A DNA stretch of 64,000 nucleotides, from positions 6,572,001 through 6,636,000 of the forward strand of contig CM114271.1 of NCBI GenBank assembly GCA_050084515.1, in the 5' to 3' direction. Origin of the DNA: Blasia pusilla (Eukaryota). This document shows, piece by piece, positions 1-10,644 of this stretch (within the stretch, counting starts at the first letter, position 1; the number at the start of each line of letters is the position of its first letter). The position numbers were made by a program, and so were the translations under genes. The notes under the pieces were generated by a model, which had not been told where the DNA came from, searched no databases, and was given only the letters and a program-made list of their open reading frames with translations.

Positions 1-520
1 AGCCCGTGGCTAATTTCAAGATGCTAAAAATCAGCCCCAGACGGCGGCTAATTTCAAGATGGAGGTATGACCAGCTGCCGACGGCTAATTTCAATATGGC
101 AGAAATTAGCCGCAGCCGGCGCCTACTTGCAAGATGTTAGAAAACAGCCGCACAACCGCGGATAATTTTGAGATGGTAGAAATTAGCCCCAGACGGCGGC
201 TAATTTCAAGGTGGAGGTATGACCAGCTGCCGGCGGCTAATTTCAATATGGCAGAAATTAGCCGCAACCGGCGCCTAATTGCAAGATGCTAGGAAACAGC
301 CGCAGAACCGCGGCTAATTTCGAGATGGTAGAAATTAGCCCCATACGGCGGCTAATTTCAAGGTGGAGGTATGACCAGATGCCGGCGGCTAATTTCAATA
401 TGGCAGAAATTAGCCGCAGCCGGCGCCTAATTGCAAGATGCTAGGAAACAGCCGCAGAACTGCGGCTAATTTCGAGATGGTAGAAATTAGCCGCAACCGG
501 CGGCTAATTTCAAGATGGTA
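1..520. repeat. 152-bp higher-order tandem repeat of four ~38-bp monomers
   Basis: GGCTAATTTC-type cores at 8, 46, 83, 121, 160 and 198. AGCCCCA(G/T)ACGGCGGC recurs at ~33, 185 and 337. Monomers contain the AATTAGCCGC...GCGGCTAATT inverted repeat. Confidence 0.9.
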
Positions 521-1639
521 GACTTCTCCTCCCTTCGGGAGTTTTCATGGCGCTTGCAGTTAATTGATACAGCGGTTCATGGTGAGATTATCCTAGATGC
601 GAGGCCTACGGGGACGTCAACTCTTCAATTTTGTGGCGATGAATGAGATCTCCTGCGAGTGGTTTTGTGGCTCTTGGCTTATATTTCGGAGATTGATTCG
701 CAGGAAAAATGTCTCCAAATATTCTGGACAGATGACTCAAAAGCGGTTCAGGCTGTTGCGCTTTCACCGATACTTTCCGTGCTGGTTCCTAACGTCACGA
801 GGAAATACTCTTCTGCCGTGGAGAATGCTGCACTAACAGGTCTTTTCCGCTCACTACTATCTCTCAAGCGGAACGGTGAGGCTGGGAAGGATAGGCAGTT
901 GAGAGAAGGCAGGGCATCTTGTTTGTAATGTACTTGCATCACTCACTACATATGATTGATATGAATAAGACCAACGAATGAAGAAATTTTCTGCACGGTT
1001 TAAATCCATTCTCGTTAACTTTGGTGTGGACTCTGGAGCGTCACGCTTCCTGGACCAGCTTAAATATACCTCTGAACATTTGGTTAGAATGCATTCAGAA
1101 TTTGGAGATACGCTTCACGGCTAGAGTTCTGCTACTTCAATGCTACATTGACCTCTGCAAAGGCTTCATTTGGGTAACTTCACTGCTTTTGCTTACCTAG
1201 CCAATGCCACTTGTCCTGAGCCTCCAGGAGATGCAATGTTTTCTTGGATTGCTCACAATCACCAGAAGTTATGACCATCACTTAAGTATTTCTTCTGTGT
1301 TTGGATGCAAAAATCTGAATTTACACTTAATTTCATTATCAGTGGTTTATGTAAATACACAAATAGATTTTTGGCATGGTCCAAGCTCTTGTAATGATTT
1401 TTCATCCAACTTTCCAACCACTTCTTAGAAAGCAAGAACTTATTCTGTACTGACATTATGTGTATGCAGATGCTTGCAACATTTAGTGCTGATCACAAAA
1501 TTGTGTATCATGAAACAATTTTCAATTTTGAGCTGGAGGTATGAGAGCTTTGCCTCTTCTTCCTTGTATTTTATACATACAAGAGAAAACTGGTAATTTC
1601 CTTTGTTACTGTTTCTAACTGGGCAGGTGGACAGTGTCT

Positions 1640-2325
1640 CCTTATGAACTGGGATGCCTGCTCAGTCATGTCAGATGGGGACTCCAGAAGTGCCTCACAT
1701 ATCCTCTTGTGTGGGACTTCTATCTTTTTTCTCCTGCAGAGATTCACTCAAAGATTTGAGGCTTCCAAAACATCACAGATAGTTGATTCCTCAGCAATTG
1801 AAATTGGACTATCGACCATAGGACCTGAGCTTCCCTCCGGTAAAGCCTCAAGTACAGAGTCCTTGGGTAATTTGATTGGGCAGAATTTGTTTTTTCATCT
1901 GCTCTTCTGATCTCTGGTACTGGCTAATATCAAGAGGGTAGTAATTAGCCGCAGCCGGCGGCTAATTTCAAGATGGAGGTATGATGGCTTTGACAGTACT
2001 TCTTTGTATTTGATTCTTTCTAAGAAATCTGGTACTTTCCTTTGTTCTTGCTTTCTAATCGGGCGGCGGCTATTTTCCTTATGAATCGGGATGATCGCTC
2101 GGTCATGTAAGATGGGGACTCCATAAGTGCCTGACATATCCTCCTGTGTGGGACTTGGATCTTTTTTCCCCTGTAGAGATTCAATCAAAGATTTCACATT
2201 TCAAAACATCATTGACAGCTGATTTCTCAGCAATTGAAGCTGGACTTTCGACCATAGGACCTGAACTTCCCTCTGGTAAAGCCTCTGGTACAGAGTCCTT
2301 GGGTAATTTAATTGGGGCAGATTTT
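1640..2325. repeat. ~250-bp diverged direct duplication (1640-1888 and 2077-2325), probably duplicated decayed exon of a minus-strand TE ORF
   Basis: CCTTATGAA..GGGATG...GATGGGGACTCCA...CGACCATAGGACCTGA.CTTCCCTC.GGTAAAGCCTC...GTACAGAGTCCTTGGGTAATTT occurs twice, offset 437 bp. The minus strand reads PIKLPKDSV(L/P)EALPEGSSGPMV in both copies. Confidence 0.85.
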
Positions 2326-2795
2326 GGTTTTGCATCGCACTTCGATCTCTCAGTATCTCGAGACGGTAAATTGCGAGCAGATTGAAGCGTCTTTGGATGA
2401 AACTTCCTTTGCTACTTCTATGCAAATGGCATTTGTTTTTGTATCTCATTCTTCATTCTGACAGATGTCTTTTTGGTAGGCGAATCGACGGATCTACCTA
2501 AAGGGTTGGGTAAGTGGAATAGCATACTCCTCTACTAGTGTCAGATGAGACTACATGCTTAATTCAGCGTCTGAACACAGGTTATTTGTCGTCACATCTG
2601 GATGATTTATTCGCTCTCACAGAACTCCATTGGAAGTACTTCACATTCTATGTTTGTATTCACCAAGGGCTATACCCTCCCATTGATAGAAAGTCCTATC
2701 AGAGTTGTCACTAATGTGCTTAGTTGGGTTTGGTGCATTTACCATACAATCTCCCTCTTCTTAATTTCTTGCAGGGACAACATCTAAGTCAAGCT

Positions 2796-5700
2796 ATGGA
2801 AGCAGGGTTCCCATTACAAGATGTCGTTTATCGGACAGACTTTGCTAGGTTGGAGGAGAATGTAGATAAGGACATGGTCATTTTTGTTACCATGGGAGTC
2901 ATTTGGAGTGTGGAAGGTGGATTGGACCGTCTGTGATAAGGATATGGTCATAAACTTCTTGACCACGTTCAACCCCGACACTTCAGAGGGGATGCTTCGA
3001 CGAATCTACGGGCATACAATGTCAGAGTATGCGTTATGCATCTCTCCAGAACTCATAGCAAATGCTTTCCAATTCAACCACCTTGGCTCATTCTTATCTA
3101 TGGAGCGCCAACACACTGATCAAGAGGAGCCAAGAATTTATTCCAAGTACCTCACCAAGCTGGACAAGAATAGCCACGGATACAAGCTAGGGTGTGTTGT
3201 GCCAGAGAACTTTCGGGCACTACTATTAAAACCGAATCGTTGCTTTCATATGAAAGCAAACCCGAGTGTGTCCTGCAAGCATGTTATCAATGGCATGTCG
3301 GGCTTGGGAAGGCATTCCGGTGGATTGGGCAAGCTATGTCTACAAGAAACTCATGCTTGATATCAGGCAAGTCCTCCGACCAAGAGCCAAGAGAGAGAAA
3401 GTGAGAGAAAGCGGAGTTGGAGTTATTTTGACCATTCTCTTCAACCATGGCGATGATCCGACCTCACATGAGGTGATCAGAAAGAGGCCACCCTAGTATC
3501 AGATCCAAAATTGAAAGGGAAGGCAAAGCTGAGTGGGACTCCACCGACCGAGCCCAAGAATCCTCGGAAGAGGAAAATTGCAGGAAAGGAGGAGAGTGAG
3601 CCCAAAGACAAATCAGACCGATTGCGCATAAAATTGAAGCTACCTACCAAAGACACTACTACAGGGAAGGCACAAACTTCAGATGATAGCGATGATTTCA
3701 TTGCAAAAAAGAAAATACCGAGAAATAAGAATTCCTCACATGGAGCCGGGAAGGAGCTTCCACAATCGCAGATGAAGAATCCGAAGTCTCGGCCAAAAAC
3801 CCAAGGAAAGAAGAAAGTGAGGGTTCTAACCATTTCTATTCATTTTGTTTTACTTTCTTGGCTATATGCATGAACGGCGGCTATTCACAGCCCAGGGCAC
3901 TTGCAAGCATTAACCTGCGGCTAAATTGTAGACTAATAGCAAATGGCCGGCGCTATTCACGACCTTTGCACAAAGATGCCAGAATGAACCGGCGTCTATT
4001 ATAGCAGAAGGCGGCGGCTATTTTAATTCTCTGGATGGCGACTAAGAGCAGCCGTCGGTGACTATTAAGCCCGCTTTTGGACAAGGCTACCAGAAAGAGT
4101 CGGCGTCTATTCTAGCACAGGGGGGCGACTATGCACTCTCTTTGGACTAAACAAAATAGCAGCCGGAGGGGGCTATTCACGACCATTGTACAAGGTTGGC
4201 GGCTATCCACATCGTTTGGGAAGGCTACTAGCTTACACAAGGATGCCTACACTTTTTTTAGTTTTCTTTATATGTAAATATAACTTTTGGGGTTCATTGG
4301 TGTGTACTAGGAGACGTCTACACTTCCAACAAAAGTCAAGAAGGAAGATGATTCAGCAACTCTGCCGATTGCTACAAATTTGAATCCAAGTGTAAGTAGA
4401 GTAAGATTTCATTATAGCTTGGTATTCTTTCATGTAGACATGTATAAACGTTTTCTCAAAAACCAGATTCCCCTAAGGACTCCTCCTTCCATAGAATCCA
4501 AAGCGGGTGTATAAAGACTTGCTATCCTTTCCTTTTGCAGATGAGGATGTCAATTGTGAAGTTCGTAGTCTTATAAATTTATTTTTGGGTGGTACTGAGA
4601 ATACTACTACGTCTAGTCGACCTCGCCGTGCAAGAATGGCGATTTCAAGGTTGGGTATTGCGAATGAGGGCTGCGCATGAGAGCAATGTCATTGTAGAGG
4701 AGCATATTTCAGGCCTCCCTACGGCTTCAGGGGAAAGTGAAGGTCTAAAGGAACCCCATGTCGAGGAGGAGCAAGGTGAACCCGTCTGTGAGGTGGGTGT
4801 CATTGATACTCAGAAGGTAATAGATGAGGTGATCAAAGGCATCACAGAGGAATTGAATACTGCTGAGGACAAGGCAGCGGAGGATTCAGAAGATCATGTC
4901 ATTCATTTGGAGGATAGTGAAGCAAAGGAGCCTGAGAAGAAGGATGCGGCTAGCCCTCAGTCCAATCCAAATGACACTCACACCAACAGGCATGATTCAC
5001 CTTCACCTGTACATGGAGTGAAGAGTGGAGAAAGCAAAGGGAATGAGCAACGGAAGGATGGTATCGATGGCTTGGATTGGCAAGAATTTGGGAACTTGCC
5101 TGAATGGAACACTCAGAAGGTAGGAGGTTGGGAAGTTCCCAATGTTTCTCGTTCGGGCCTTCACAACACCGTAGGGAGTCTCTAGGCACAACAAGGAAAG
5201 ACACGGCAGATGCACCTATGAAGATCACTACTGAGAGGGCCCTCATGGGAACATGGCAAGCGCACACCACGTGCTCACCCTACAACAACGACCAGGGCCC
5301 GGCTTTTACCGTGGAGCCTATGGTGATTACCCGAGGCTCTCAAACCATGGACAAGTTTCTTGTGAAGAATGAGTCAAAGCGACCATATGTTCACAAAGTG
5401 GATCAACAATTGCAAAGATAGTATCCCCGAGGTGCACATGGTTAACCGATTATGATCGAGAGCGTGTACCATGTGAACAACTATGTGCAAGCGAGGACTC
5501 CACATGGTGGATGAATCACATGCGGTCCAAAGCGCTAGCAATGGTTCCAACACGCGGTGCTCCACAACCCACACCATCAAGTGAAGATGATGTACTCCCT
5601 AATGATGGGGGAGCTGAAGGTTTGGACGGAAAAGAAGATGGGCTCAAATCACAGAAGGTATTCTGCCAATCTTCAATTGCCCATCTTCCTTTATGTGGCC

Positions 5701-6553
5701 TCTATTCTCCAATCGTTCTTCACAAATTGCACTAAGTTCTTATGGACTTTTGGCATTCTCAGTGGAGGACTCAACCTATAGGTGAAGGTTTACTCTATAT
5801 TTGTTGGATTGTCCCAAAACCCTATCCAAAAATCCTTAGTGATCTGCAGGGCCTATTCTTTGTGGGCGGCTATTCACACTGGCCTTAGTGATCACAAGCG
5901 GGTAAACATAGCCGGCGCCTATTCATAGTGGGCGGCTATGCACACCCAATGCCAATTTCTAGGCGGCGGCTAATCACAATCAAAGGCTTTGTGCTAAGCA
6001 CAAAGTGGGGCTAATCACACACGACGGCTTTTTTCCATTGTAGGTTATTTCATGTACACATTCCGTTTGTCTTTGGATGTAGGGACCAACGAAAGAAGTA
6101 CCAGAGGAAGAGCCGAGTGTGCCACAAGGAGGGTTTCTGATTGATGAGAGAATCATACAATTGTGGATTAACCATTTGGGGATGCCCGCGGAAGATGTGG
6201 TGCATTTGGAGTGTTGGGAGGACAAAATTCATCTCACTGAACGAACCACAGCTAGAGTAGACAAGTATGTTGAAGTCCTGGAGCTAAGGCACGCAGCTCT
6301 TCTCGCTGACAGAGGAGATCTCATTACAAAGTTAGGAGTGACCGGCTATGACAACAAAGGTGGGTGGGAAGAAGCCTTGGGTAGAGTGACAACCTTGCAA
6401 GATTTGGCAGCAAGGAATTCACAATTTATTCGTGATCTCTTGAGTAGGCTAGGTGTGTCATCAGACAGCTTGGACGAGGCATCATGCTTCTCCAGGGCTC
6501 TAGTGGCTATTGTTGACTTGCAGCGGTTGGATTCTTCACGTCCAAGCATGTAA
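2796..6553 (+). pseudogene. Frameshifted, spliced TE-associated gene: N-terminal plant-transposon-protein-like domain, low-complexity K/E-rich middle, helical/coiled-coil C-terminal exon
   Basis: ORF pieces 2796-2936, 2884-3360, 3266-3496, 3511-3818, 4589-5185 and 6119-6553 are joined by frameshifts and GT-AG introns (e.g. ~3819-4310, ~5782-6082). Motifs ...INFLTTF...ISPELIANAF...GY...VDWASYVYKKL resemble plant TE accessory proteins (family assignment inferred). Confidence 0.5.
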
Positions 6554-6659
6554 TAAATCTTTGTAAAGTTCCTTTTTGTTTTATGGTGAAACGATGATCA
6601 CATCCATGTTGTATAATGTATGTCAAGCGCTGGAATTTGTGCACTTCCACCCAAACCCT

Positions 6660-7060
6660 ACAACCTGCGGCTAAAACGCTCATCAACCATGGGGCTACGG
6701 CTACAACCTGCGGCTAACTCCAAACCCTAAACCCTAAACCTGCGGCTAAAGCATGCGGCTAAAACCTGCGGTTAAATTGGTCCATCCTCTCCCCCTTGGC
6801 TGAAACTTCATCAGCTCACTGCAATGCCATGACACATTGGAGATGCGGCTAAATCCAAGCTTCCACCTTAAACCTGCGGCTAAAACCTGTTGTTAAATTC
6901 GTCCATCCTCTCCCCCTTGGCTGAAACTTCATCAGCTCACTGCAATGCCATGACACACTAGAGCTGCGGCTAAATCCAAACTTCCACCCTATACCTGCGG
7001 CTAAAACCTGCGGCTAAATTGGTCCCTCCTTGGCTGAAACTTCAGAACTTCTGCGGTTAA
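6660..7060. repeat. Subterminal tandem repeats (121-bp period) rich in ACCTGCGGCTAAA
   Basis: TCCATCCTCTCCCCCTTGGCTGAAACTTCA at 6781 and 6902, partial at ~7023. About a dozen GCGG(C/T)TA motifs. Confidence 0.85.
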
Positions 7061-7893
7061 GTGCAAAGGTCTACTACTATAGAAATGGTACTAGAACAAT
7101 CACCGGACTTCCCGGTAGCTCATATCCCAACCGGTGGGAACTCTGACGTGGCAATTCATAGGGGCCACTCAAGCAAGAGATTTCGTAGGGGGGCCACTTA
7201 AGCAACATAAGTAGGGCAGGGGGCCACTTAAGCAAATACCTGGGTTTAGAGGGCTAAAGAAGAAGTTCAATTGGTGTTTACTATTGTCAAGCCCATGATC
7301 AAAATTAAATTTTGACCATAAATTGGAAGTAGTTATACTAAATAATTTTTAAAAAAATCCACCCCCTTTCACATTTCTCCCAACAAATAAAACCCTTACC
7401 CATGTAAGATGCTACATCTACCTATGTCCCTTAAATATCATGATAAATGAATAAAAAGAAAGTTCCTAATTTTTGTATCTTTTTTTATTTGGCTTATAAT
7501 CATCTTTTCTCATTTTTTATTTACATATGTGGCCATTCTTGTGAAAAAGAAAAATTAAATCAGATCAAAGAGATTTTATCTTGTTCGTATAGTATCATGG
7601 GTATGATTTACATGGGAAAATCTTCATTGTGTAAAGTAAAGAAAGATGAGAGGAAAAAAACTTTGAAAAAATAACATCCACTCATAGTCTAGTATTTATG
7701 GGTTAACTTAGTTCCATGATAAGAATGCTGGTTCTAGAAAAATGGGACTCAAACTCTATGTCCAAATGTGTTAAAAAGGTGAATAAACTTATAAGTTTAT
7801 AATCCTATTCCTTTCATTAAGGACTAGTTCTACATTGCCTGCTTGTGCCCTTTTCAGGATCTTGAAAAAAGAAACCCCATTACCCTCATTTCA

Positions 7894-8252
7894 TCTATAC
7901 TATTAAAAGAGTCTGGGGTTTCAGGCAGGGGTTTCCTCCGCATGACACGTATGCATTTTAGGCCCTTCCCGTGCTGACATGTGGCGGGTTTAACAGGAGC
8001 TAACATTTAAGTTAAGGGGGACGGGGCTGGTTTCACCCGTGCATCGCACGAGCACTGGCTATAAATTAAAAGAGGATGGGGTTTGAGGACCCCATCCTCC
8101 GGTGATGACACGTAAACACTTTGGTCTCCTCCCGTGATGACACATGTAACAATGAACAAAATAACTAAATTAACATAATAGCCTTTTTCACGAGATGCCC
8201 TTCTCACCGGTGATTTTCATTTCGCCTATGCATAACACGAGTATTATACTAG
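7894..8252 (+). mobile_element. Non-autonomous Helitron (two head-to-tail units)
   Basis: 5' A|TCTATACTATTAAAAG and 3' ...CTAG|T preceded by a degenerate hairpin (GCCTATGCATAACACGAG), i.e. inserted between A and T. An internal hairpin CCCGTGCATCGCACGAG (~8036-8052) is followed by a second 5'-like start CTATAAATTAAAAGAG. Confidence 0.75.
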
Positions 8253-10644
8253 TAAATTTTATTTAAGACTTCACTTCTTTTAGTAAATGTCAACTTCCGT
8301 ACCAAGGAAAAGCCTTAATGTCTTAACAATAAAGATGCCTATGTTATGTCTCATCATCACATGTTGCCTTTTGCATTGAAAAAATTAATTTTTTTTGAGA
8401 AACCTCTACACTCTTTTCAACTTTGTCTCACATAAATCATGCGATATGTTGCTCCCTTGAAAATCATAATTCTAATTTCATTGGATAATACTATGGATTT
8501 TCTTTCATAAACTTCCTTGGCCCACTCAAAACTAAGTGGTTACAATTTTCATGGTCATCTCAAAGAAAAGGCATAGGTTATGAAGTCTTCCATGTTTGTC
8601 TTTGACACACAATGATACACCATAGATCCTCCATGATAGTAGGAGGGAAAAGTTCAAACAATAAGAGACCACCTTTCATTATTTTTCTAATTTTAATCAA
8701 CTAGAATTGAATTGGATAGAAGGAGGAGTTATATTTATTCACCTTCAATAATTAAGTCGCAAAAATTTAAAGTAAAGATTGTGTGGGCTTAAATCTTAGG
8801 GATTCTTTAAAAAAATTCATCTATAATTGTTCGTATCAATCTCATGTAAATCTGACTTTTCATTGATGGATTGCATGCAACCAATGGTATGTGGGAAATA
8901 TGAGGTGCTAAAGACTTTATCTAATACATGCATCAATTGAGTAGTGGTGTAAAGATTTTCTTGGCTTAGGTTTGGTTGGGAACTTGCAAATCCTATATGC
9001 AATATTAATTGTGTCTCAAAAATATTTTATCTCAAAAATAAATTTGTGCTCTCCATAACACCATGGTTACTTACTAATGAGAGTTGATATTGATCCAAGT
9101 CTTCTTCTTTTTCAATAAAGCAATAATAAATTTGTATGAGACAATATGCCATCTATAGCAAATATATAGGTAGCGGATATTCCTTTCTGTAACTCCACAA
9201 ATTTAAAATTATACGTTCCACTTTAAGAAATTGAAAACACAACCATATGCTCCCAAAACCATATGAGGTTGGGTATATAAATTGTGTATAGGAAGCTATT
9301 GAAGAGATTGGGGGTGGGGTGGGGGTAGGGCGAAGGGAGGAGGGGGTGGATCATCATCTAATATTCTTCATTCAAAATTTGACAAAGAATTTATAGATCT
9401 TGAGCTACCATTAAATTGTGACTCGATTCTAATTTGTCACATCTGGATAGCCGATAGGCCAAGATCTATCGTGGATAGGGCGTAGGAGCCAGCGGACTAT
9501 CTTGAGTGTAACTTTGTCCCATTGTGTCGGATGAGGTTGAAGATAGGTCCATTGTGTCAGGAATGTTGTTTCTGACAACTTTCATGTCGAGGTCTTTCAC
9601 AGCCGGATGACTTGTATGCACATGATATGAGAACATGTGCATGCTGGTCAAGCCCAGGTCTACTTTGTGGATCGTGTGGGTTGAGGGAACCCGAGCCCGC
9701 ACAAATATGTCCCTCCCTATGACGGACACAAACACATCCGCAGACAAGCAATTTGTCCGTGTGCAACCTTGTTATAGTTAGAATAATAGATCCACTTCCT
9801 TAACATGGCCACATGATCTATGTATATATATGTAAAATGTATATATATATACATATTTTCTCAGAGAAATCTCAAAGTCATATTAGGGGGAGACAGTCCT
9901 CGCACTGCTCGGAGACTAGAGGCCCACTCTCTAAGAAAGCTTATGGTACATACATGCATGTGCATGAAATCCCCATATCTCTAAAAGAAACATGCAAGAT
10001 CGCTCTTAAGGTGATAGCAAGTGTAGGTAAGGCCCCAAGCTCAAAGTAGCTAAATAAAGTGTTGAAAATATAAGAAAGAAATTTGATAGTAATTGATATA
10101 AAAAAACTTATTAAAAAAATGCTCCAAAAGAAAAGGAAGAAAAACTAAAAAGCTGACCTGGAATGAAAGGAATATACTAGAAAAAAATCCTAATAACACC
10201 AACTATATCCAAATCCAACGCTACGTGAAAAAGTAACTAAAAAAATAAAACACAAATAAAAGAAATTTTGAGTTATGAGAAAATGAAAACTACCCACACA
10301 TGATTAACATGAAAGAATGAAATAATAATGTTGAATCCAACAAGTAGCAAAGATTGAGAAAGTTAGGTAAAACGACTTTAATGAAATTGTTGTATTTATT
10401 TGCAAGAACTTTTCGAATAAGAAAACGAGACACCAAGAAAATATTTTCCCAACACATTTGTTTTTTTCCTAAATGTTAAATCCATATTATGGATGTTATT
10501 TATAGTTTTTTTTTTTTTTTTCCATTCCAGTACCATGCAAAGTCATCACGACCTCGACATACACTTGTTGTTTCTTTTCTTTTCTCACTATCTAACTTAT
10601 CCACGTTAGTTATTATCCAGTTGACAATAACTAATTCTCGTCTC

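Larger units (their letters stand above)
1..7240. mobile_element. Right arm of a large Mutator-like (MULE) DNA transposon; left end and transposase outside window
   Basis: Ends in a TIR-like block with three GGGGCCACT(T/C)AAGCAA units and terminal ...GCAAATACC (reverse complement starts GGTATTTGC, a MULE-like GG start). The GCGGCTA motif family recurs throughout 1-7060 and stops here, where AT-rich flank begins. Contains decayed TE-type ORFs on both strands. No transposase or TSD can be verified. Confidence 0.55.

Noticed and set aside
1-520. CRISPR-like regularly spaced palindromic repeats
   Set aside because: Intervening sequences recur with 152-bp periodicity rather than being unique spacers; eukaryotic context, no cas genes.
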